NCBI GenBank assembly: GCA_963816355.1
Contig: CAWFKH010000003.1
Coordinates: forward strand, 1,408,001-1,472,000
DNA from: an uncultured Gemmatimonadales bacterium
GTDB lineage: Bacteria; Gemmatimonadota; Gemmatimonadetes; Longimicrobiales; RSA9
Length of the DNA: 64,000 bases
Reading direction: 5' to 3'
In this document: positions 40,175-48,971 of the stretch, in pieces
Layout: every line of letters begins with the position of its first letter
How positions within the stretch are numbered: position 1 is the first letter of the stretch
Notes under the pieces: model-generated
What the model was told of the DNA's origin: nothing
Seen by the model: the letters and a program-made list of their open reading frames with translations, nothing else
Database searches by the model: none
Translations under genes and position numbers: made by a program

Positions 40175-41878
40175 TCAGAACATATAGAACACCAGATACG
40201 CCGCCAGCAGAATCGCCACCCAGAGGACCATGCTCCCCGCCGGCCAGGTGCGGGCGAGCGTGCCCTGCGGACCATGGTGGCGCGACGCCCCCCGCACGAG
40301 CGAGCGCACACCCGCGACGGTGACGTCGCGGACGGCGTGGTCGGCGGCGGCGATGGCGCCGCCCACTGCGAAGACGAGGCGGGGTGCGAGGCGCCGGTAG
40401 AGCCAGTCGCTGTCGAGGTTGACGGAGCGCCGCTCGGGCGGGTAGAGACCGATGCGCATCAGCCAGAAGACGGAGAGCATCGCGAAGAGGAGCAGCTGCA
40501 CCTGCTCGAGGACGTGGCCGGGTGCGTACGGCGTATAGTGGACCGGGAATGGGAGCAGGCGATAGAACGTCCCCGGAAGGACGCCCACGGCGATGCAGAG
40601 CGCGGCCGCGACCGCCATCGCCGCGCGCATGTTCCACGGCGCCGGCTCGACGCGGATGCCGGAGTCGTGACCGAAGAAGCCGAAGTAGGGGATCTTGATG
40701 CCCGCGTGCTCGACGACGCCGGCGGAAGCGAAGATGAGGGCGACCCACACCCAGTGGTGACCGGTCTCGACGGTGGCGGCGAGGATGAGCGATTTGCTGA
40801 CGAAGCCGCTGAAGAGGGGGAAGGCGGAGATGGAGGCGGCGCCGACCATCGACATCGCGGCGGTGAACGGCATGCTCTTGTAGAGGCCGCCGAGCTCCGA
40901 CCCCTTGATGGTGCCGGTGCGGTAGAGGACGGCGCCCATCGACATGAAGAGCAGGCCCTTGAAGATCACCTCGTTGAAGGCGTGGGCGACGGCGCCATCG
41001 ACCGCCATGGCGCTGCCGATCCCGATGCCGACGACCATGAAGCCGATCTGGTTGATCATCGAGTAGCCGAGCACGCGGCGCAGGTCGTTCTCGATGACGG
41101 CGTAGAAGATCGGGAAGACGGTCATCACGGCGCCGATGTAGATGAGCGCCTCGGTGCCGGCGAAGACGCGGGCGAGCGCGTAGATGGCGACCTTCGTCGT
41201 GAACGCGCTGAGGAAGACGGTGCCGCTGACGGTCGCCTCCGGATACGCGTCGGTGAGCCAGTTGTGGAGCAGCGGGAAGGCGCACTTCGCGCCGATCGAG
41301 AGGAAGATCAGCCACGGTCCGACGCCGGACAGCGTCAGGTGCCGGAAGGCGAGGTCCCCGGTGTCGTGGAAGAGGACGAGCGCGCCGGCCAGGAAGCCGA
41401 GGCCGGCCACGACCTGAACCGCGAGGTAGCGCATCCCGGCGCGCAGTGAACGCTCCGTTCCGCGCGCCCACACGAGGAAGACGGAGGATACGCTCAGCAG
41501 CTCCCAGAAGACGAAGAACGTGAGCACGTCGCCAGCGAACACGGCGCCGAGCGCGCTGCCGGCGTACGCCAGCGCCGCGACGTGCTGCACCGTCGCCTTC
41601 TCCTCGCGCCGGATGTGGAGCGAGTAGAGCGCGCCGATGAACGCCGCGATGTGGAAGAGATAGCCGAAGAGGAGGCTGAGACGGTCGACGCGGAACGGGA
41701 CCAGCGGGTAGCCGAGGAAGCGGACCGCGACGTGCGCGCCTGCGGCCGCGCCGATCAGGTTCAGGGCGCCGAGGACCGGGATCGCGACGAGGACCGCCGC
41801 ACGCAGGCGTCCGCGCAGCACGGCGGCGAGGAGGGCGCCGGCGTAGAACAGCAGGAACGGCGGCGCGTCAATCCACAT
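40175..41878 (-). CDS. Mrp antiporter subunit D-like (third paralog)
   Basis: FWELL, PLLHNWLTDAYPEA, AFTTK, HAFNEVIFKGLLFM. Confidence 0.88.
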   Translation of the reverse strand: MWIDAPPFLLFYAGALLAAVLRGRLRAAVLVAIPVLGALNLIGAAAGAHVAVRFLGYPLVPFRVDRLSLLFGYLFHIAAFIGALYSLHIRREEKATVQHVAALAYAGSALGAVFAGDVLTFFVFWELLSVSSVFLVWARGTERSLRAGMRYLAVQVVAGLGFLAGALVLFHDTGDLAFRHLTLSGVGPWLIFLSIGAKCAFPLLHNWLTDAYPEATVSGTVFLSAFTTKVAIYALARVFAGTEALIYIGAVMTVFPIFYAVIENDLRRVLGYSMINQIGFMVVGIGIGSAMAVDGAVAHAFNEVIFKGLLFMSMGAVLYRTGTIKGSELGGLYKSMPFTAAMSMVGAASISAFPLFSGFVSKSLILAATVETGHHWVWVALIFASAGVVEHAGIKIPYFGFFGHDSGIRVEPAPWNMRAAMAVAAALCIAVGVLPGTFYRLLPFPVHYTPYAPGHVLEQVQLLLFAMLSVFWLMRIGLYPPERRSVNLDSDWLYRRLAPRLVFAVGGAIAAADHAVRDVTVAGVRSLVRGASRHHGPQGTLARTWPAGSMVLWVAILLAAYLVFYMF

Positions 41879-42125
41879 CGTAGTAATCCTCGTCCCGCAT
41901 GACGAGCCGACGCAGGAGCTTGGCTCCGAAGACGAGCGCCGTGACGCCGACGAAGCCGTAGATCGCGTAGAAGCCCCAGAGCCGCTCCCACGGATCGACC
42001 ACGTGGCGGTGGATCACGAAGTCGAGGACGAGCGAGAACAGCGCCACGAGCGCGAAGCCGCGCAGCAGCGCCGAGACGTTCGCGGCGTCGTCGAGGAAGC
42101 GTTTGCGGTCGTTCGTTTCGTTCAT
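41868..42125 (-). CDS. Small 2-TM Mrp-associated protein
   Basis: GFYAIYGFVG...LVMRDEDYYD; coupled on both sides. Confidence 0.75.
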   Translation of the reverse strand: MNETNDRKRFLDDAANVSALLRGFALVALFSLVLDFVIHRHVVDPWERLWGFYAIYGFVGVTALVFGAKLLRRLVMRDEDYYDVD

Positions 42126-43654
42126 CGCCCCACCACGAGCTCCATCAGTCGCAGGAACGGACCGGGGAAGAAGAAGAGGAGCACCGTCACGGCTGCGGTG
42201 ACGCAGAGCGCGAGCATCGACGGCCACGGCCCCTCGGCGCCGGCCGCGCCCTCGCCGCCGGCCGCGCTCTCGGCGCCCGCCTCCGCGCCGCCGCCCGCAT
42301 GCTGCTCGGCGCCGCCCGCGCCCTGCTCGGCGGGAAGCGGCGTGCCGAAGAACGCGCGCACGGGCACCGCGAGCAGGTAGCCGACGTTGAGCAGCGAGCT
42401 GAGCAGGAGGACGACCAGGAGCGCGACCTGGTGCGCCTCGAGGGTCCCGAGCGCGAGGTACCACTTGCTCCACAGGCCGCCGGTCGGCGGTACGCCGACG
42501 ACGCTCATCGCCCCGATGAAGAAGGCGCCGAAAGTGATCGGCATGCGGCGGCCGAGGCCGTTCATCTGGCTCACTTCGGTGCGGTGCGCCGCGACCATGA
42601 TCACGCCCGCACAGAAGAAGAGCGTGATCTTGCCGAACGCGTGCATGACGATGTGGAGACCGCCGCCGACGATCCCCCAGCGGTTGGCGAGCATGGCGCC
42701 GAGGACGATGTAGGAGAGCTGGCTGATCGTGGAATAGGCGAGGCGTTCCTTCAGGTTGTCCTTGCCGAAGGCGACGAGGGAAGCGATCACGATCGTCGCC
42801 GCCGCCACGTACATCAGCCAGATGCTCGAGCCGAGGCGAGTGAGCAGGTCGATGCCGAAGATGTAGACGACGATCTTGAGGATCGTGAAGACGCCGGCCT
42901 TCACGACGGCCACGGCGTGCAGCAGCGCGCTCACCGGGGTCGGCGCCACCATGGCGGAGGGGAGCCAGCGGTGGAGCGGCATGACGGCGGCCTTGCCGAC
43001 GCCGAAGACGTAGAGGCCGAGGAGCGCGGTGGTGGCCAGGGGCGACGCGTGGCCGTCGAGGATGCCGCCGCGGGTGAAGTCGAGGGTGCCGGCCACGACC
43101 CACGTCCACACGATCGCGAAGAGGAAGAAGCCGATCGAGGTGGTGAAGAGGATGCCGACGTAGATGCGCCCGGCGCGCTTCGCTTCCTCCGTCCCCTCAT
43201 GAGTGACGAGCGGAATCGTGGCCAGCGTGAGCGCTTCGTAGAAGATGAACAGCGTGAGCAAGTTCGCGGCGAAGGCGATCCCCAGGGTGCACGCGATCGA
43301 CGCGGCGAAGAAGGCGTAGAAGCGCGTCTGGTTCGCCTCCCGGTGGGCGCGCATGTAGCCGATCGCGTAGAGCGTCGTCAGGATCCAGAGCGAGCTGGCG
43401 ACGAGGGCGAAGAGCACGCCCAGCGGCTCGATGGCGAGGGCAATGCGCAGGCCGGGGAACGGCTGGGCGAGGGTGAGGGGCGGGGGCGGCGCGGAGGCGA
43501 ACGGGTAGATCCGCAGCACGACGCCGAAGAGCGCGCCGGCGGTGAGGAGCGACACGCCCTCGCGGGCGTTCGGCCAGCGGCCGACGGCGAGGACGGCGAG
43601 CGCGCCGAGGAGCGGCAGCGTGAGCGTCCACAGGGGGAGGACGGCGGCACTCAC
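42122..43654 (-). CDS. Mrp antiporter subunit D family (second paralog)
   Basis: WLPSAMVAPTPVSALLHAVAVVKAG, LAYSTISQLSY. Confidence 0.9.
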   Translation of the reverse strand: MSAAVLPLWTLTLPLLGALAVLAVGRWPNAREGVSLLTAGALFGVVLRIYPFASAPPPPLTLAQPFPGLRIALAIEPLGVLFALVASSLWILTTLYAIGYMRAHREANQTRFYAFFAASIACTLGIAFAANLLTLFIFYEALTLATIPLVTHEGTEEAKRAGRIYVGILFTTSIGFFLFAIVWTWVVAGTLDFTRGGILDGHASPLATTALLGLYVFGVGKAAVMPLHRWLPSAMVAPTPVSALLHAVAVVKAGVFTILKIVVYIFGIDLLTRLGSSIWLMYVAAATIVIASLVAFGKDNLKERLAYSTISQLSYIVLGAMLANRWGIVGGGLHIVMHAFGKITLFFCAGVIMVAAHRTEVSQMNGLGRRMPITFGAFFIGAMSVVGVPPTGGLWSKWYLALGTLEAHQVALLVVLLLSSLLNVGYLLAVPVRAFFGTPLPAEQGAGGAEQHAGGGAEAGAESAAGGEGAAGAEGPWPSMLALCVTAAVTVLLFFFPGPFLRLMELVVGR

Positions 43655-45135
43655 CGCGGGCCACCCATGAGGAGCGCAGCGGCGCGCGAGGCGACGCCGA
43701 CGGTGAGGTGCGTGTTCACGCCGAAGTAGAGGTTGGCGAGGACGAGGAGCCAGGTCGGCACGAGCATGAGCGCGGGCGCCTCGGCGCGCACGGACGCTAC
43801 GCCGGGCGGCGGGTCGCGGAAGTAGGCGGCTTCGACGACGCGCCAGACGTAGGCGACGGCGAGGAGCGACGTCGTCAGGATGAGGGCGACGACGAGCCAC
43901 CAGCCGCGCTGGATGGCGGCGAGCACGAGGTACCACTTGCTGACGAAACCGACGGTGAGCGGCACGCCGACGAGGCTCGCGCCTCCGACGACGAGGGCGG
44001 CCGTCGTCCACGGCATGCGGCGCCCGAGGCCGTGGAGGTCGGCGAGGCGTGAGGAGCCGAGGCGATAGACGACGCACCCCATCGCCATGAAGAGGGCGCC
44101 CTTCATGAGCGCGTGGTTGAAGAGGTGCAGGATGCCGCCGGTGAGACCGGTGGTCGTGCCGATGCTGACGCCGAGGATGATGTAGCCGATCTGCGCCAGG
44201 CTCGAATAGGCGAGCATCCGCTTCACGTCGTCCTGGAAGATCGCGATCAGGGACGCGGTGATCATGGCGACGAGCGCGAGCGGCAGCAGGACGTGGTCGA
44301 GCCGCATCGCGCCGAACGAGAAGTCGAAGCCGAAGATGGTAAAGAAGAAGCGGAGCAGCATGTAGACGGCGACCTTCGTGGCGGTCGACGCGATGAAGGC
44401 GGTCACGGCCGAGGGCGCGTAGGTGTAGGCGTTGGGCAGCCAGAGGTGGAGCGGGAAGAGCGCGAGCTTGAGGCTGATGCCGACAGTGAGGAAGGCGAAA
44501 GCGACGACGATGGTTCGGTTGTCACCGAGCAGCGGCAGACGGTCGGCGAGGTCGGCCATGTTCAGCGTGCCGGTGACGGCGTACATGAGGCCGATGCCGA
44601 TGACGATGAAGGTGGCGCCGATCGCGCCCATGATGAGGTAGCGGTACGCGGCCGTGAGCGCGCGCCGGTCGCGCCCCATGGCGACGAGCGAGTAGGCGGA
44701 GAGCGACGAGATCTCGAGGAAGACGAAGAGGTTGAAGACGTCGCCCGTGATCGTGATGCCGAGCAGTCCCGCGAGCGAGAGCAGGAACGCGGTATAGAAG
44801 AGCGGGATGCGACGGCGGTCGACCTCGCGCTCGACGCTGGGCCCGGCGAACGGCGTCACGATGGCGCCGATCGCGCCGACGAGGACGAGGACGAACGCGT
44901 TGAGCGGGTCGATGCGGTACTCGATGCCCCACGGCGGCGCCCACCCGCCGAGCGGGTACGAGATGGTGCCGTGGGTGAGGACGCGGTGCAGGAGGACGAT
45001 GGCGATGGCGAAGACGAACCAGCTCGTCAGCACCGCCCAGATCCACGACCAGCGCGGGCGCCGGATGAGCGCCCCGGCGACGCCGGCCATGAGGGGCACG
45101 ACGACCTGGAGCGGCGGCAGGTCCGTCGCCGTCAC
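43651..45135 (-). CDS. mrpD: Mrp antiporter subunit D
   Basis: FNLFVFLE, PLHLWLPNAY, KRMLAYSS, NHALMKG. Confidence 0.9.
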   Translation of the reverse strand: MTATDLPPLQVVVPLMAGVAGALIRRPRWSWIWAVLTSWFVFAIAIVLLHRVLTHGTISYPLGGWAPPWGIEYRIDPLNAFVLVLVGAIGAIVTPFAGPSVEREVDRRRIPLFYTAFLLSLAGLLGITITGDVFNLFVFLEISSLSAYSLVAMGRDRRALTAAYRYLIMGAIGATFIVIGIGLMYAVTGTLNMADLADRLPLLGDNRTIVVAFAFLTVGISLKLALFPLHLWLPNAYTYAPSAVTAFIASTATKVAVYMLLRFFFTIFGFDFSFGAMRLDHVLLPLALVAMITASLIAIFQDDVKRMLAYSSLAQIGYIILGVSIGTTTGLTGGILHLFNHALMKGALFMAMGCVVYRLGSSRLADLHGLGRRMPWTTAALVVGGASLVGVPLTVGFVSKWYLVLAAIQRGWWLVVALILTTSLLAVAYVWRVVEAAYFRDPPPGVASVRAEAPALMLVPTWLLVLANLYFGVNTHLTVGVASRAAALLMGGPR

Positions 45136-45488
45136 TGCTCGGACTCCAGGGCGTCGATCTCGTCCTCTTCGATGGTGCCGTACGCTTCCTTGATGCGGAC
45201 GATGAGGGCGAGCGCGACGGCGGTGGTGGCGACGCCGACGACGATCGCCGTCAGCATCAGCACCATGGGTACCGGATTGGAGTACACGGGGTGGCCCTCG
45301 GTGACGATGGGGGCGGTGCCGCCGCGTACGCGACCCATGGTGATGTAGAAGATGATGACCGACGTCTGGAAGATGTTGAGGCCGATCACCTTCTTCACCA
45401 GGTTCCCGCGCGAGATCAGCACGTAGAAGCCGGCCATCATGAGGAAGATCACCACCCAGTAGTTGTAGAGCCCCAGGATGCGTGTCAC
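45132..45488 (-). CDS. mrpC: Mrp antiporter subunit C
   Basis: NLVKKVIGL, NPVPMVLMLTAIVVG; GTG overlaps the mrpB stop. Confidence 0.9.
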   Translation of the reverse strand: MTRILGLYNYWVVIFLMMAGFYVLISRGNLVKKVIGLNIFQTSVIIFYITMGRVRGGTAPIVTEGHPVYSNPVPMVLMLTAIVVGVATTAVALALIVRIKEAYGTIEEDEIDALESEQ

Positions 45489-46003
45489 TCCGCCTCCTCG
45501 CGGCCGACGAAGATGAAGAAGAGCGCCGTCATGACGCCGAAGACGGTGATGAAGACGCCGGTCTCGACGAGGAAGATGCCGAGGCGCTGACCACTCACCG
45601 GGTTCGGGCGCAGGACGTCGTAGTCGATGAAGTGGCCGCCGAGGAGCAGCGCGAGGAGCCCGGTCCCGGAGTAGATGAGGACGCCGAGCGCCGCGAAGAA
45701 GCGCAGCACCCGCATCGGCAGGACGCGGCGGGCGGTGTCGAGGCCGAAGACGAGCGCGTACAGGATGAAGGCGGCGGCGAAGATGACGCCACCCTGGAAC
45801 CCTCCGCCCGGGCTGATGTCGCCGTGGAACTGGACGTAGAGCGCGAAGAGCAGGATCGGCGGCGTGAGGATCTTGGTCGCGACGCGCAGGATGACCTGGT
45901 CGCCCATGGCGCCGGCGCGAGCGCCCGTCGGGGCGTGCCGTTCGCCGTCCGCCGCGCCGTGCTCGGCGCGCGGATGCCGCTCGTCGCCGCCCACGTCGCT
46001 CAC
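45485..46003 (-). CDS. mrpB: Mrp antiporter subunit B
   Basis: HGDISPGGGFQGG, ETGV. Confidence 0.9.
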   Translation of the reverse strand: MSDVGGDERHPRAEHGAADGERHAPTGARAGAMGDQVILRVATKILTPPILLFALYVQFHGDISPGGGFQGGVIFAAAFILYALVFGLDTARRVLPMRVLRFFAALGVLIYSGTGLLALLLGGHFIDYDVLRPNPVSGQRLGIFLVETGVFITVFGVMTALFFIFVGREEAE

Positions 46004-46613
46004 CCTTCCCCCTCCCCCTCCGCGCGTCGCGGCGGAACCGCTCCGGCCTCCTCCACTGCGGCGGACCCGTGCGGTGCGGCTGGCGCCGGCGCGGCACGGT
46101 GCCGAGCAGCAGCAGCACGCCGACGACGGCGGTGAAGATCACCGTCGTCTCGCCCATCGTGTCGTAGCCGCGATAGCTGGCGAGGACGGCGGTGACGATG
46201 TTGGGGACGCCGATCTCCTGTGGCGTCTTCTCGATGTAGCGCGGCGCGACGTGGAGATGGATCGGGTTGTCCGGCGCGCCATACGGGGGCAGGTCGAGGG
46301 AGCCGTAGATCAGGATCGCGCCGGTCACGAAGACGACGAGGAGCGGCAGGATGCGGGCGTGCTGCGGCTTCTTCTCGCGGCTGCCGACGAGGGCGAGGGT
46401 GCCGAGGAAGAGCACGGTGGAGATGCCGGCGCCCACCGCGGCCTCGGTGAACGCGACGTCGACGGCGTCCATGACGACCCACAGGCTGGCGGAAAGCAGG
46501 CTGTAGATGCCGGTGAGCATCACGACGGCGAAGAGGTTGCGCAGCCGCAGCGCGCCGAACGCGGTGACGGCGAGGAGCGCGAGGAGCGCGATGTCGACGG
46601 CGTGGTCCATCAC
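46000..46613 (-). CDS. DUF4040/MrpB-N-like subunit with an apparent frameshift near 46090
   Basis: DVAFTEAAVGAG, NIVTAVLASYRGYDTMGE; no stop in its own frame, but a shifted frame ends at TGA 46000 overlapping the mrpB GTG. Confidence 0.75.
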
Positions 46614-46945
46614 GGGTCCGAAGCGGGCCGCCGGCGCCCGTCGTGGGTGAGGAGCGGCTGGACGCCACCCTGCAGCGCCGCGCGCGCGAGGGCGTGCGTG
46701 GACACCGGGCTGGTGAACCAGAGGAAGAGCAGGACGAGGATCAGCTTGACGGTCGCCTCGCTGAAGCCGCCCTGGAGCATCAGCCCGCCGAGGATCATGC
46801 CGGCGCCCAGCGTGTCGGTGATGCCGGACGCGTGCAAGCGGGCGAAGACATCCGGCAGGCGGAGGACGCCGATGCCGCCGATGAGGGCGAAGATGGAGCC
46901 GCCCATGAGGAGGATCCAGCTCAGGCCGTCGATCACGACGCGCAT
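46610..46945 (-). CDS. mrpG: Mrp antiporter subunit G
   Basis: GVLRLPDVFARLHA, TSPVSTHALARAA. Confidence 0.9.
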   Translation of the reverse strand: MRVVIDGLSWILLMGGSIFALIGGIGVLRLPDVFARLHASGITDTLGAGMILGGLMLQGGFSEATVKLILVLLFLWFTSPVSTHALARAALQGGVQPLLTHDGRRRPASDP

Positions 46946-47229
46946 CAGATCTCTTCCCCGTGCGCGCGGCGGGAGCCGAGCCCGCCGAACTCGAAGAACT
47001 TGAGCACGGCGATGGTGCCGATGAAGTTCATGAGGGCGTAGATCAGGGCGATGTCCAGGAACTCGGGCCGGCCGTTGAGGAAGCCGAGCACGGCGATGAT
47101 CAGGACGGTCTTGGTCCCGAACATGTTGAGCGCGAGGACGCGGTCGTAGACGGTCGGCCCGAGCAGGGCGCGGGTCATGGCGAGGGCCATCGTCAGCAGG
47201 ATCGCCGCGCCGCTGGCGACGAACATCAT
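46945..47229 (-). CDS. mrpF: Mrp antiporter subunit F
   Basis: GPTVYDRVLA, LDIALIYALMNF. Confidence 0.9.
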   Translation of the reverse strand: MMFVASGAAILLTMALAMTRALLGPTVYDRVLALNMFGTKTVLIIAVLGFLNGRPEFLDIALIYALMNFIGTIAVLKFFEFGGLGSRRAHGEEI

Positions 47230-47702
47230 GGCGCCCCCTCGAGGGCGGTGACGCGGCGATCCATCGGCCCCTCCTCCGTCCCATCGACGTAGACGGCCTT
47301 CAACGCGTGCACTTCGAGCGCCTCGTCGTCGATCGTCACGGTGATCGTGCCGGGCGTGAGCGTGATCGAGTTGGCGAAGATGAAGCGGCCGAGGTCCGTG
47401 CGCTGGGTGCCGCGGAAGCGGACGATGACCGGGTCGATCGGGAGCGCCGGATCGAGGATGACGCGCGCGACCATCACGTTCGACCTGACGATCTCCCAGA
47501 GGAGCCACGGCAGGTAGGTCAGCGCTCCGCGCGTGAGATGGATCGGCAATCCCTCCCGGTCCACGACGTCCATGCGGTGCGCGATGATGACCACCAGCAC
47601 CACGGAGAAGACGCCGAAAGAGAGCAGGAGCGGCTCGAAATGGCCGGATAGAAGAAGCCAGAGCACCGCAAGCACGGCGCCCAGGCTCGCCAGTCTCACC
47701 AC
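47226..47702 (-). CDS. mrpE: Mrp antiporter subunit E
   Basis: LWLLLSG, ANSITLTPGT. Confidence 0.9.
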   Translation of the reverse strand: MVRLASLGAVLAVLWLLLSGHFEPLLLSFGVFSVVLVVIIAHRMDVVDREGLPIHLTRGALTYLPWLLWEIVRSNVMVARVILDPALPIDPVIVRFRGTQRTDLGRFIFANSITLTPGTITVTIDDEALEVHALKAVYVDGTEEGPMDRRVTALEGAP

Positions 47703-47858
47703 GGTCTATCCTCCTGCCGGAACGTGACCACGCCCGCCCGGGCAGGGCGCTGGCGGCCGTCGTCCGGACGCTTCTCGCTCAAGCTATGCCGTGAAGCGCA
47801 CGCAATGTTGGGGCGCCTCGGCGACGACGCAAGAGGCGGCGGGACGCCGCCCGGCGCC

Positions 47859-48869
47859 TCAGCCGCCGCCCCCGCGCCCGACGTCTTGCGAGACGCCGGA
47901 AGCGTCATCGTCCCGGTCCAGCTCCTGCTCCGCCTCCTCCTCCTCGCGGACGAGCTTGCCGAGGCCGCGAACCCCGATGAGCGTCGCGGCGAGCGCCGTC
48001 GTCGGGATGACCTGGAGCGCCTGCAGCAGGACGCCCGCGACGACGGCGGTGCCGGACGGCACGCCGAAGGGGAGCATGGCGAGCGCGATCGACCCCTGCA
48101 TCACGCCGATGTTGCCCGGCGTGAACCGGAAGACCCAGGCGAGGTTGGCGACGACCACCGCGGCGAAGGAGGCGGCAATCGGGACGGAGACGCCGGTCGC
48201 GACGAACGCGAGGTGGTACGTCGCCCACTGCGTGATCCAGTGCGCGAAGGAGAGGAGGAGCGGGCCGGTGAGGCGGCGGCCGCCGAGCGGGATCCGCTTC
48301 ATCGTCTCCACCGCCTTGCGCGTGAAGCGGGGCAGATGGCGCGACAGGCTGAAGCGGCGCCGCAGGGCGAGCAGCGCGGCGCCGATCAACACGACCACCG
48401 CGGCGCCGAGGCTAAGCCATCGCACCTGGCCCGGGATGTGGAGCAGCGGCGGCACGACGACCAGCACGCCGACGAGCGCGACGCCCTCGATCACGCGGCT
48501 CCACACGATGGCGGCGAGCGCGAGCTTCGGCGGCACGTCGTCGCGCCGGGCGATGAAGCGGACGCGGCTGCCCTCGCCCGCGACCGCGATCGACACACTC
48601 GCGACGGCGGCGCCGAGAAGCGTGGCTTCCAGCGCGATCTTGAGGCGGTGGGGCGCGGCCGGCTTGAGCAGGAGGCTCCACGCCCAGCCGCGAGCGACGA
48701 GCCCGGCGAGGTTGACGACGATCGCGAGGAGCAGCGGCCAGACGCTCGCGTGCTCGATCGCACGGCCGGTGTCCGCCCACGGGAAGTGCCACAGCGCCCA
48801 CACGGCGAAGACCGCGAGCGCCAGGCCGATGAGGCGGTTGATCCACCGAAGCTTCTTGTGTTTCGCCAT
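47859..48869 (-). CDS. Lysylphosphatidylglycerol synthase TM-domain (flippase-like) protein
   Basis: RGWAWSLLL, AGEGSR, TPGNIGV, multiple TMs. Confidence 0.75.
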   Translation of the reverse strand: MAKHKKLRWINRLIGLALAVFAVWALWHFPWADTGRAIEHASVWPLLLAIVVNLAGLVARGWAWSLLLKPAAPHRLKIALEATLLGAAVASVSIAVAGEGSRVRFIARRDDVPPKLALAAIVWSRVIEGVALVGVLVVVPPLLHIPGQVRWLSLGAAVVVLIGAALLALRRRFSLSRHLPRFTRKAVETMKRIPLGGRRLTGPLLLSFAHWITQWATYHLAFVATGVSVPIAASFAAVVVANLAWVFRFTPGNIGVMQGSIALAMLPFGVPSGTAVVAGVLLQALQVIPTTALAATLIGVRGLGKLVREEEEAEQELDRDDDASGVSQDVGRGGGG

Positions 48870-48971
48870 GGTCGCGGGTTCCGACGGGCAGAATGCGGGC
48901 CAGCGCCCGGAGCAGGAAGAATCGAAGGCACGCGGCGTGCGGGAAAGCCCCGGCGCGCGAAGGGCCGCCGC

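Noticed and set aside
45132..46613. Genuine 493-aa DUF4040-MrpC fusion
   Set aside because: The middle part is an out-of-frame translation of mrpB; a frameshift explains it better.
40175..47702. Membrane arm of an energy-converting (group 4) hydrogenase
   Set aside because: No NuoH/B/D/I-like genes; the hydrogenase in the window is group 1 with cytochrome b.
48938..48954. Additional regulon site TGCGGG-N5-CCCGGC upstream of the flippase-like gene
   Set aside because: Too degenerate to distinguish from chance in GC-rich DNA.
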